DNA from: Vicugna vicugna
Taxonomy: Eukaryota
Direction: 5' to 3'
DNA: 64,000 nucleotides
Assembly (NCBI GenBank): GCA_013265495.1
Contig: MU058896.1
Coordinates: forward strand, 62,001 to 126,000
Of the stretch, positions 22,955 through 33,650 are shown piece by piece (the stretch's first letter is position 1; each line of letters opens with the position of its first letter). The notes below the pieces were generated by a model. It did no database searches and was not told the origin of the DNA. It worked only from the letters and a program-made list of their open reading frames with translations. Made by a program: the position numbers and the translations under genes.

Positions 22955-23225
22955 AGTTTCCATGGGTCAGCAGTTCTGGCATGGCTTAGTTAGGTCTTCT
23001 ACTCAGGGTCTCCCATGGCTGCAGTCAAAGTGTCAGCCGGGGCTGCCTTCCCATCCGGGGCTCCACATCTCCTCCCAAGCACAGGTTGTTGGCAGAGTCA
23101 GTTCCTGGTGGTTGTAGGACTGAGGTCCCTGATTTCTTGCTGCCTGTCGGTTGCTCCCAGCTCCCAGAGGCCACCCGTCTTCATAAGCACCTCCCACAAG
23201 GCTGTCTGAACCAGCTGGGTTTCTG
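22955..23225 (-). mobile_element. MLT1 LTR fragment (MLT1E/F-like)
   Basis: 'gggtcagcagttctggcatggcttag...ctcagggtctc...gttgttggcagagtcagttcctggtggttgtaggactgaggtccc'. Confidence 0.75.
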
Positions 23226-23429
23226 AAAATCTCCTTGGGTGATTTTCTCAGCAGCCAGCTCGAGAACCATCCACCTGTGGGAATCCGTGAGTGCTAGCTG
23301 TGTGTTTCGAATGGTTGTCATGTGGAAGAGGGAGTGGATTTCTTTAGGGTTACAGCTGGAAGGCTGGTCTGTTATTAACAATGAGAAGCTTTGGGGAGGC
23401 GGGTTTCTGCTCAGTGTTAATAGGGATTT

Positions 23430-24290
23430 TCATTTCTTCCCGACTTTATATAAAGTCATATTTATGAATATTTTATGTAGCTGAGATCTCACTGCGTACT
23501 TGGGTGTCCTGCTTTTGTCGATGAATGGGATCATTTTTCTGTTTTACTGAATATTTTGTAAATGTTGTTTTTTAAAGGCTACATTATTACTGCATAGAGG
23601 AGTTATGGTTTAATTGATCTAATTTTGATGAATTTTGTTGGACATTTAATGTTTACTAAATGTAGCTGGTTATTACAATGTTTCAGTGAGCATTTATTTT
23701 TAAAAAAGAAAGCTTCACTGAGGTATGATGTACATACCATACAATTTGAATTTAAAATGTACAATTTGATGGGTGTTGGTACATTGCATTATTAACTTTT
23801 AAAAATCACGGTTTTACATATACATATATATATGACTTACCATAAATAAGTGTTTTTTTGTGATAGTATGTTTACATTGTTGTGCAACCATCACCACCAT
23901 CTCCAGCACTCCTTTCATCTTGTGAAACTGAAACTCTGTGCCCTTTCAGCAGTAACTCCCCCAGCCCCTGGCAGCCACCATCCCTACTTTCTGTCTCTAT
24001 AAATTTGACTGCTCTGGGTACCTCACTTAGGTAGACTTACACAGTATTCCTATCTTATTTCACGGAGCATAGTGTCTTCAGCGTTCATCCATGTCATAGC
24101 ATGTGTCAGAATGTCCCCCCTTTTACGGCTGAATAATATTCCACTGTTTGTTTGGACCACATTTTGTTTCAGGTTACAGTTCAGTGGCGTTCATCGCATT
24201 TTGTGAGCATCTCCTCTTTTTACATCCGTTTCCATTCGCATTTCTGCTTCCTCCTTGAAAGTGAGTGTTAGTCAGTAGATTTACCAAATC
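23430..24290 (-). mobile_element. Cluster of L1M fragments (clear L1MB piece at about 23790-24170)
   Basis: AT-rich block with 'ttgtgcaaccatcaccaccatctccag...cccctggcagccaccatccctactttctgtctctat...ggctgaataatattcc'. Confidence 0.8.
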
Positions 24291-26339
24291 AGAGATCTGG
24301 ATGGTTATAAGACCTTTGATATTTGTCATCAAATTACTCTCCAGAAATGCTGTTCCTGTTTACCCTTGATTTTACAGTTAATCCTCTGCTGTCCTTTGAC
24401 TCCTTTCCTGGCAAACTGGGTCTCACCTTAACGCCTCATTCCTTAGTGCTCCCCGAGGGCCCTAAATCAGGAAAGGCCCTGAGTTGGGACCACACCAGTC
24501 CTCTCTCTCGTTTGGGGAGATTCCTGAGGCTTCCGGCTATGTGCCAGTTCTTTGTCAGCTCCATGGTCCTCGGCAGGGAGGGAACTCACTGTCCCCTTGT
24601 TTATCATAGAACTTACTTCCCTGGACTGCTTGTGACCAAATCTAAAAAGCATTTCAGCCTCTGTGCATCCTGGCCGTGGATTCAGTCAGCTGGACAGCAT
24701 TGTCCAGTTAATTCTGGCCCCTGGAGTTCCTGCCTGGCTTAAGGGAAGCTCCAAGGAAACCAGACACTGTGGTAGAAAAGGGATTTTACAGAAGGTAGCA
24801 CATGGCTGCACTCAGGCAGCAGAAGCCAGCAGGAGCCGGGCCAGGACAGCGAGACGCTGTTGGGCTTGTCAGGTCAAACACCTCCCTGTGCCTGAGGACT
24901 TGGAGTGTGTAGATTGTGTGGTTGTGTAGGCTGTGTGGTTGTGCAGGTTGTGTGTGTGTTGGGGATGCAGATACATACAGCAAGGCCATAGCTGGAGGTT
25001 GGGCAGTGTGGTGTAACAGGCTTGGGGAGGAGAGGAGAATGGTGGACACTACTCCACGCTGGCGGGGGTCTGTCTTACTGTCTTAGCGTTCACTGCAGCT
25101 GAGAGCCAGCACTTCCGGAGTCTGAGCCGTCCGGGCGCATGCATCACAGAGCTGGGGCTCCCGTGCGCCCCCTCTGCTGTGTTGCCTGTCTTGGATGTGA
25201 CGTCAGCTGCTGTTCAGATTCTGGGTGAATCACTTAAACCCCGTGGGTCTCTGTGTCCCCCCCTCCCGACCCCGTAAGTGAAAGCTGCACAGTGGAATCT
25301 TAAAGATCTCTTTAGTTTTGTGATTCCAAATAAAATTAAGTCCTGTTGCTCTGAGTTGCCAGCAAATCACTTGGAAAATCTCATTGGCGGGTGTCCGAAG
25401 CAGTCTTCCCGTTAGACCCTGATTGGGTCTGGCTGCCTGCAGAGACGGGGTCCAGGGAGCCAGCGGTGGGCCGGGGGTGAATTTGGCTCTGCGTGTACCT
25501 TCAGTGGGAACCAGGATGCTGCTTTGCTGGTTGAATTGTCGTCTTCCCTTGCTGCCCACTGGCCAGGGTCGGCCCTTGGGGCAGCACAGATGCTCTGGGC
25601 AGTGTGCTGACAGGCATGGCGTGGGTGGCGGGAGGCCCGGCCAGCGATATGGGGGGGGTGAGGGCAGCGTAGAGGGCATCTGCCAGGGTGGAGGTGGTGG
25701 GGTCCGGGTAGGTGGTTGGCAGCGGGATGCCTGGAGGTGCCAGCTGGTCTTCCTAGCCAGAGCACAGTCCTGCGTGGTCAGGAACGCCATTGTCGGGGTC
25801 GGCCCTGAGACAGGCGAGGCTTGCGTGCACGGCTGTGCCTGCGTGCAGCTCTGTGCTGTGGAGCTGGGGAGTGTTGGTGCCTTGGTGCTGTTTTCCTTCA
25901 TCGCAGATGACAAATCCTCCAGCAGCCTGCTGCCTCATGAGGCCGCACCTGGGACTGGAGTCTGCAGAGGAAGCTCTCTGTCTGGTCCCTGTTTCACTTT
26001 CTGAGCACCCTCCGTGCCAGCCGGAGCAGGGACTGTCTTGTGCCCGCGCTGCCAGCCCCAGGGGTGGGTTGGTCAGTCTAGGGGACACGAGCACAGGAAG
26101 GAGACTCTGCTGAATACCTGCACTGCTGTGAGGCTCGGGTGCCTCAGCAGAAATCCATGCTTTCCTTCACCACTTTATGTTTGGTGGGCTCGGCTTGGAT
26201 TTCCAGGGACCCCCCCAGCATTTCCTTCTCTGGTGATGGTGCAGGAGAGAGGACTCCTCCCTTCACTGGAACTTCACTCTTGGGTTGGCTTTGCACTTAG
26301 TAATGGAATCCCGTGTGCCTTCCGGGATCCGAGCCCCAT

Positions 26340-26470
26340 GCCAGCCTGCAGGGAACCGGGTGGTACCTACCACACAGATGCTCAGACGGCAGGAGCTTGG
26401 GAGGGTAAGAAGGTAGGAAGCCTCCATGGCAGAGCCTGGATTTGAACCAGGGGTGGTTCTGTGAACATCT
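26340..26470 (-). mobile_element. MIR fragment
   Basis: 'ggcagagcctggatttgaaccagg' core. Confidence 0.5.
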
Positions 26471-26489
26471 GCTCTTGGCTCTGTGGTAC

Positions 26490-26580
26490 TGGGGTGGCTG
26501 ACCTTTTCTTAAAGGGCCAGGTAGTAGCTAATTTAGGCTGTGGGTAAACTCTTACTCATCTGTTCCCTAGTAGCCAATGT
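26490..26580. mobile_element. MER58-like hAT-Charlie fragment
   Basis: 'ccttttcttaaagggccaggtagtagctaatttaggctgtggg' resembles the MER58 terminus. Confidence 0.5.
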
Positions 26581-26609
26581 TCCTGGGAAAGGCGTAGCTG
26601 TGCTTAAGC

Positions 26610-26687
26610 CTCTCCATCCATCTGCCAGTCATCCATCCGTCCATCATCCATCCATCCATTTACCCATCATCCATCTATCGAGCCATC
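26610..26687 (+). repeat. Degenerate (CCAT)n tract, left part
   Basis: 'ctccatccatctgccagtcatccatccgtccatcatccatccatccatttacccatcatccatc'. Confidence 0.85.
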
Positions 26688-27023
26688 TGCCTTACTCCAT
26701 TCCGGCTGCTGTACCAGAGTACCGTAGACTGAGTGGTTTATAAACAACAGAAATTTATTTCTGCCACTTCTGGAGGCTGGCATCCAAGATGAAGGTGCCA
26801 GCAGGGGGTCTGGTGAAGGTTCCCTTCCTCACCGTGTCCTCACGTGGCGGAAGGGGTGCGGGAGCTCTCCAGGGTCTCTTTTATAACAGGACTCATCCCA
26901 CTCAGGAAGGTTCCACCCTCGTGACTGAATCACCTCCCAAAGGCCCCTCCTCCTAACACCAGCACACTGGGGCTTAGGTTCCGACATCTGTATTTTAGGG
27001 GGACACAGTCATTCATTGTAGCA
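26688..27023 (-). mobile_element. MLT1A-like solo LTR with 5 bp target-site duplication
   Basis: Begins tg at 26688 ('tgccttactccattccggctgct') and ends ca at 27023. Internal 'ataaacaacagaaatttatttct...ggaggctgg...catcccactcaggaagg...aatcacctcccaaaggcccc'. Flanks are ccatc and ccatt. Confidence 0.88.
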
Positions 27024-27082
27024 CCATTTGTCATCCATGCATCCATACATCCATCTATCCATCCACCCATTTACCCATCAGT
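27024..27082 (+). repeat. Degenerate (CCAT)n tract, right part
   Basis: 'ccatttgtcatccatgcatccatacatccatctatccatccacccatttacccatc'. Confidence 0.85.
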
Positions 27083-27084
27083 CT

Positions 27085-27530
27085 GTGCATCTGAAGCCTC
27101 CAGAACTTCAATTCATGCAGTTTAGTGGCATTAGGTACATTCACGCTGCTGTGCAACCGTCTCCACCATCTGCCCCCAAACCCTTCATCTTCCCAAACCG
27201 AAGCTGTCCCCATGAAACCAGGGCTCCCCCATGTTCCCTCTCCTGGTCCCTGATGACCGCTCTCTGCTTTGGCCCCTGCAGAGACCTCGCTTAGGTGGGA
27301 TCCTGCAGGGTTTGTCCTTTTGTTTCCCTGAGCAGAATGTCCTCGAGGTTCATCCGCGTTGTGGCCTGTGTCAGAATTCCCCTCCTTTTTAAGGCTGAAT
27401 AATATCCCATTATGCAGATGGACCACGTTTTGTTTATCCGTTCATCTGTGGATAGATGCTCGGGTTGCTTCCACTTTTGGCTTTTGTGAATGATGATGCT
27501 GTGAACATGAGTCTCCAAATTCAGCAGTCT
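27085..27530 (-). mobile_element. L1MB 3' fragment
   Basis: 'tttagtggcattaggtacattcac...ttttaaggctgaataatatcccatt...cttccacttttggc...tgctgtgaacatg'. Confidence 0.88.
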
Positions 27531-27589
27531 TTTGTTGACATCAGAATTCTATATTTGTCTGCCTCTCACTTCAGCTATTTGGTTGATTT

Positions 27590-27745
27590 ATTTTTATTGA
27601 GATTGTAATTGACATGTAACATTGTATTCATTTTAGCTTTACAACAGAAAGATTTGATAATATGTATATATTGAAAAATGATAATCACGGTAGGTTAACA
27701 CCCATCGCCATGTGTAGTTAACACATTTTTCTTTTCACCTATTTG
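27590..27745 (-). mobile_element. L1MA9-like 3' end fragment
   Basis: 'tttttattgagattgtaattgacatgtaacattgtattc...gaaaaatgataatcac'. Confidence 0.65.
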
Positions 27746-27772
27746 TTTTTCAACCAATTTCCTTCCCTCCAC

Positions 27773-27863
27773 CTTTTTTTTTCTTTTACTGCAGGTACTG
27801 GGGATTGAACCCAGGACCTCGTGCATGCTAAGCATGTGCTCTACCACTGAGCTGTACCCTCCC
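27773..27863 (-). mobile_element. tRNA-Ala(AGC)-derived SINE (camelid type) with A-tail
   Basis: Reverse complement reads gggagggtacagctcagtggtagagcacatgcttagcatgcacgaggtcctgggttcaatccccagtacctgca plus an A-rich tail. A and B boxes are recognisable. Confidence 0.9.
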
Positions 27864-28049
27864 TTCCTGCTTTCTTCTTTTAACAGATTTCCAATTATAG
27901 GAGCTTTTGTCCGTGTTAGGAAAGAAATTTGGGGTTGAGGATAAAAAAAAATGATATATCATAAACTATCTATTCCTTTTTTTTTTAAGAAGGCTATAAA
28001 TTCAAAAGATATTGTGACATCAGTAGAGGTGTGTGTGGGTGCGTTGAAA

Positions 28050-28420
28050 TGTAATTTACAGAAGTCACTTTTTATGGTGTACTCTTCTGTGAGTGAGGAC
28101 AGGGTGGTATAACCACAATCAAGGTACAGAACAGGTCCGTCACCCCCGAAGGTCCATCACCCCAGAAGGTTCCGTCACTATGTCCCTTGTAAACACCTCC
28201 CCAGGACCACCCCCCGCAGCCTGGGCAACCACTGATGTGTGTCCTCTCCCTCTGGTCTTGCCTCTTCCCGAACGTCGGATACATGGAATCCTACGGCGCG
28301 CAGCCTTTTGGTCCAGCTCCTTTCACTTCGGGAGGGCAACTGTGACTCATCCAGGTCGTTGTGTGTATTGATACCTTGTTTCCTCCTGTTACTGAGGCGC
28401 ATTTCATCACCTGGATGGGA
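28050..28420 (-). mobile_element. L1MC/MD-like 3' fragment
   Basis: 'aaccacaatcaaggtacagaaca...catcaccccagaagg...gggcaaccactgat...atggaatcc'. Confidence 0.7.
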
Positions 28421-28494
28421 TGACCTGGTACTCTTCCTTTCGAGTCTGTTCTAACAGCTTTACTGAGGGAGAACTTATATCCTTTCTAGGTCCC

Positions 28495-28730
28495 TCACTG
28501 CACGTGCACAGCTCAGTGGCTTTTAGATTCACAGACTGAGGGATGCGACCACCACCACTCTTGAGTCCCAGAACCTTTTCATCACCCCGGCAAGAAGCCC
28601 ACACCCATCAGTGGTCTTTCCCCAGTCCTCCTCCCCTGAGCCCGGACACCACTAATCAGCTTTCTCTTTGTGTGGATTTGCCTTTTCTAGACATTTCATA
28701 CAAATGAGGTCTACAGTGTGTGGCTTCTGG
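28495..28730 (-). mobile_element. L1MB8-like fragment
   Basis: 'cagaaccttttcatcacccc...accactaatcagctttctctttgtgtggatttgccttttctagacatttcatacaaatg'. Confidence 0.75.
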
Positions 28731-31114
28731 TGGACGCTGTCCTTTTTTTCTGGCTTCTTTTGGAAGGCCTGTCTTTCAGCCACCCTACATCCTGGGGGGC
28801 CCATGGGGCCTGAGGAGCAGCTCCCCACAGTGTGTCCTCAGCTCCTCCCCGAGACTGGGCCTTTCTCTCTGGGTTTGGGGCTGCTTCCCACAGCGTACCA
28901 GGGAACAAACCCCTTTCTCTTCTAACTCCCCTTCTCCATGACTGGGGTCCCACCTGTCTTGCCCTTGGCCTTCACTAGGGGTTTGGATCCTGGAGGTGGC
29001 AGGTGGATGGGAGGTTGGACCCTTCAGATCCCCAGAAGGCCCTGCCTCTCCTCTTCCCTGTGGCTCCAGCTGCCGAATCCCCTTTGTTTTTGCTGCTGCC
29101 TTGGCCAGGCCCGGGAAAGAGGCTGGAGGCAGGAGAAAGCTGCCCAGCACCCAGCCACAGCTGCAGCCTGGGGTCTGAGCTCTAGCTGGAGGCCTGACCT
29201 TGGTTAGGCTGGGCAGACGTGCTGGCTCTGCTGGAGGAAGACCTGCAGGGTGAGCTGTGATCACAGTGGGATCCCTGTGCTGCCTGTTGTCCTCAGCCTG
29301 TGACCGCTGACACATGTCCCTGGGAACCGTGGTGGTATTTGGCATCTGCAGGGATGCCCTTTGTCCAGGGCTCCAGGCCTCAGCAGGGAGCATTCTGGTT
29401 TCTGGAAGCTTATCAGAGCTGTGGCTGCAGGTGCACTAGACCCACCGGGCTGCAGGGCCTACAGTAAGTCCCCGCTGGGCTCTGCGGGGCTGGGGCCGGC
29501 GGCCTCTCCCGCAGGAACACATCCTTGCTCTGGGAGCACAGGGGCTTCTGGAGCCGGGCAGTGCAGTAGACTTATGCACGAGGATCGTGCCCTCCCGTGA
29601 GTGTACCCCTAGCCAGAGCCCTCCATGGGCTCTGATTCTGACCTACAGGGCATTTGTGACTGTGTGTTTGGATTCGTTCCCTTGTTTAAAGAGGAAAAGT
29701 GATGCACCTGCTTTCTGGCCAAGAGAGGTGGCAGCTGCAAGCCGTGCGCCCAGTTCCGAGTCTCATCCTGACCACGGGATGAGTTATTTGGTCGTAAGTC
29801 AGCGTCTCATCTACAGAGGACTTGGGGGATATGAAGGCCGGTGGGCTTTATCTCTGTCACTGGGAGGGTGGGGACCACAGAAGGGACAACACTCTGATTA
29901 GAAGATTTCCGGGCCTCCCTGTGACACCAGGTCCTGGGGAGACCCCGGGAGGTCCTCTGACCTCTGGGCTCCCCTGCCTGCTGTGCCCTTGCTCTACTGG
30001 GTGGTCTCGGGGCAGCCACCCTGGAGGAAATGTGCTGACCCCTGCCGCCCTCTGCGGACACTCATGACCCAGGGGGAGATCCCATGCCGCGTGGGCGCTG
30101 GCCAGGCCGTGGATGTGGCACTGGGGACCTTGAGAGGTGTGGCGGGCCCCTCCCTCAGGGACACAGAGCTGGGACTTTCACTGCTCATTCCAGTCGCCCG
30201 GCACTCCCTCGGTGGTGAACCTAGTGAACCTCGCCGTTGGCTGATGAGCCGCCAAGAAGGAAGGCCACACTGCCAGTTTTCGTGAGGGACAGAGACGAGT
30301 GTGAGATCCCACTTCCGGTTAGGTTGAAGTGTGTGGAAAATGTGTGCCTGAGCATCTGAGAAGGATGGTCAGGTTCCCTCACGTACAAGCTAGGGATCGG
30401 AGCAGTCACCTGCGCGGGGACTTGTGTGAAGCGGCAGTGGCCGGCGTGACCAAGAAGCAGCGCTCAGCCCGCCTCCGGGCGCGCCTCGCGCTTAACAGCA
30501 CTTGTTATCCTCGTATTGCTGTTGTGACAGATCCAGCGGGAGGGGAGGTTGGCTGCTTCATCAGCTGCCTGGAGGTGTGGGTTTGTTTTTTTTAAGAGGC
30601 CGCAGTGGAAGATGAGAAGCTGCCTTTTTCCATCAGAGTTGGAAACGCCCAGAGTCCATTTCCAAGCAGTGGTTTTTCAAAGGGTTTGGTTTTGTTCTGG
30701 GAGCAGAGCCCTTGTTTTCAAGTGACATTTTAGGTGACACCTCAGTACGTGAAACAGATGCAAAGGATCCCTGGTACCCAGCCCTGCTCAGCCTCCCACC
30801 CGGCGCCATGTGGCTCTGAGGACCCCAGTTTGTTGCTGATTCTCTCGGGGACCTAGGGGGAGGCTCTTCTTGGAGATCGGCGTCCTTCTTCTCCAAGGTG
30901 GAGTCAGCTGGGCAGGGAGCCTGGTACAGCTTCTTCTCGGAGCAGAGAAGCAGACTTGGTCCCGGGAACGACCAGCTCTTCTTGTCAGCAGATGTGGGGT
31001 GAGGGGAGGGGACACGCTGGCTCGGAGCCTGGGTTTGCCAGTGTGTTGTCCAAACCTGCATTTGGAAGGGGTTCGAGGCAAGGCTTTCGGCCGTCATAGA
31101 ACTTTGCTTTCGTT

Positions 31115-31545
31115 CATTTTCTTTTTAAATAGCGATCAAATCTGAAGTGATGGTTTGGTGGCATTGGGCACGTCGGCCTTGTTGTGCAACCATCACCACC
31201 ATCTGACTCCCCAACTTTTCATCCTCCGGAAACTCTGTCCCCACTAAACACTAACCCCTCACTCCCCCGCAGCCCCTGGCACCCCTATTCTGCTTTCTTA
31301 CTCAGTGAATTTTACTACTGCAGGCACTTCACATGAGTAGACTCCTACAGTATTTGTCTTTTTGTGTCTGGCTTCTTTCACTTAGCGTAGTATTCAGGGT
31401 GCGTCCACATTGTAGCAGGTGTCAGAATATCTTCCTTTTTAAGGCTGAACCATGTTCCTTTGTATGAATAGACCACGTTTTGCTCAACCACTCATCCATC
31501 AGTGGACACTTGTATTGTTTCTGCCTCCTGGCTGCTGTGGGTGTG
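31115..31545 (-). mobile_element. L1MB 3' fragment
   Basis: 'ttgtgcaaccatcaccaccatc...cagtatttgtctttttgtgtctggcttctttcacttagc...ttttaaggctgaa'. Confidence 0.85.
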
Positions 31546-32554
31546 GGTGTAATACTTTTCATCTTGATCTCTTGTAACCAGGTCCCCCTGCAGGAGCGCC
31601 CAGGGCACCGCTCAGCTGCCTGTAATGGGGAGGCAGCGGAGGTGCGGGGACACCATTCTCCTGCAGTTACTGCCCTGGGAGCACAACCCTCCGGAATGTA
31701 GCAGGCGGCGGATGAACAGGGCGGGAGTTCTTGGAAAGGGGTGTTTCTGGTGGTGAGTCCCACCTCTGTTTTCTAGCCACCTCTCTGCCAAGGAAACTTG
31801 CATCAGCCACTCCTGGAAAGTGGCAAACCTCCGATTGGGTTCCTGGGAGATGGTGGAGTGTTCCTCTGGGTGGTCCACCTGACCCTGGGCAAGTCAGGGA
31901 TGAAGCCAGCGCAGAGGTGGGACAGGGTCCTTGCTTGGTTTTGACTGTGCTTCCAGGCAGCACTGAGCCTGGCCCTGGGGTGGGACTATGGGAGCCTGCC
32001 TTCAGGGGACGGGGACTTGTAAGTGGGACATGGGACCAGGGAGTCAAGGAGTCAGACAGTGACGGAGACTCCAGGCGTTGGCTCTTTCCTGGGTTGTTTT
32101 CTAGAATAGCCAGATTCCCTTGAATTTTGCCAGGTTCAGGGAACCTAGCTGAGCTGGCCTGGCTTCAGAACATGGAAGTCTGTTCCTACAAAGCCAAGTG
32201 TACTCCTTGACCCTTCTCATCAGTTCCAGGGACAGCTTTCTCTTCGAATTCTCAGGGTCTTCATTGTTCCAGACTTACTAACATGTTTATAAGCTCAGAC
32301 CCAGGAATCCCACCCTAGATTTTCCTAAGGAAATAGAACCTTTTTTTCCCTTTTCCTTTTGGTATTATTATGTGAAGCGATTCATTGTGTTCGTAACAGT
32401 GGGAAGCTGGAAACAAACTCAGCTAGTCCTGCAGTAGAGCAGGGGGTGCGTCAGCTGGGTGGACTGTGACGTGACCATCGCACGGTAATGATGAGGACTG
32501 TGTAGCCATGCAGTAGGGGCTCCTGAGTAGAAGAAGTGACACACAGAGCCGTAC

Positions 32555-32960
32555 TGTTAGGCTTTGTCTCTGTCATCTCTTGCTGTGTAACAAACCGTCC
32601 CCACTCTGAGTGGCTTACAACAGCACGATTTAATCTTTTTTGATTCTGGCTTTTGGGTGGTTCTTTTGTTGCTGTCACTGGTGGGGACACTGGAAGGCTG
32701 AGACCTCTCTCTCTCTCCTTGGGACCAGCCATCATTCCATGGTCTTGTCTGAGTGCCTTCACATGCAGGCTGGGTTCCAAGGCAAAGATAGAAGTTGCAA
32801 GGCCTCTTGAGATCTGAGCTGTGGGCCTCACACCCCATCACCTCACCTCGCCGTGTTGGTCACCTCTGGGACAGGGCATGGGGAGCTGGGACTAGACTGC
32901 CTCTGGCCGGAGACAGCATCGCGTAGCCCTGGGGTGTGGCGCAGCCAGGTGATCACTCCC
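32555..32960 (-). mobile_element. Old MLT1 LTR (MLT1H-L-like)
   Basis: 'tcttgctgtgtaacaaacc...gtggcttacaacagca...gctgggttccaagg...gaagttgcaaggcctcttgag...catcac'. Confidence 0.65.
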
Positions 32961-33539
32961 AGTGCCTGGGTTATGCCGCCTTCTGTGGGGTTCCAGTTAT
33001 GTAGTCCCAGGAGAGGGACTTATGGGGCTGGGGAAACCAACCCAGATGATTGGTCAGGGAGGTGAGGGTGTGGGTGAGGCCTCCCTGTAGACGTCTGCCA
33101 CTGCCGTGTTTATGTAATAGGTTTAAAATAGTAGTTCTCTGCATGCCAACCGCTGGGTGCCTGGCTCGGGAATGGCTGGGTGGGGAGCCCAACTGTTAGG
33201 TCCTGTAGACTTGCAGGCTTGGCTAGTGGAGGACACTGTAGCCTGGACTCTGGGGAAAGGACAGTAAGTGGGTGCCTCCCAGCTCCACGGGGCCCTCTAC
33301 GTTGTCACCTGGACGTAAGGTGGGTGGGCCTTGGGCAGCATGAATGGACCCAGGCCATTGCAGGTGTTGGTCCACCTCCGAGAGGTGGGCATGGGCCCAG
33401 CCAGCAGCAGCTGAGCATCCTCACGTAGGAAGGGGCAGGGGGCGTCACAGGGACCCTTGTGTCCAAGGACAGTGCTGTCTGGTCGATTCCATTTGGGGGT
33501 GCGAGGTGTATTTATCTGTCCACACCCTCCCCTCCAACT

Positions 33540-33650
33540 TCCTTTTTTAGGTCCTTACTGTCCTAAACAAGGAATTCTTTGTACTCTGCTTGCAAGTTTT
33601 CTGTGAGTTTGAAAGTGTTTCAAAATAAAAAGTTAAATAAATAAATACAT
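33540..33650 (+). mobile_element. L1MC/MD-like extreme 3' end, sense to BCR, with three AATAAA
   Basis: 'ctttgtactctgcttgcaagttttctgtgagtttgaaagtgtttcaaaataaaaagtt'. AATAAA at 33624, 33636 and 33640. Confidence 0.7.

Noticed and set aside
24905-24960. Three degenerate 17-bp units (tgtgtagattgtgtggt-like); also a 17-bp tandem duplication at 28134-28178
   Set aside because: Ordinary slippage-type low-copy tandem repeats, the second inside an L1 fossil. No spacer structure, so not CRISPR-like.
25907-25984. 78-nt phase 1-1 cassette exon (DDKSSSSLLPHEAAPGTGVCRGSSLS) after a good acceptor
   Set aside because: The acceptor 'gttttccttcatcgcag' is plausible, but the only in-phase donor (TG|GTCCCT) is very poor. 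Not supportable without junction reads.
27790-27863. Functional tRNA-Ala gene
   Set aside because: Acceptor-stem mismatch, an attached A tail and sibling copies with SINE tails indicate a retroposed SINE.
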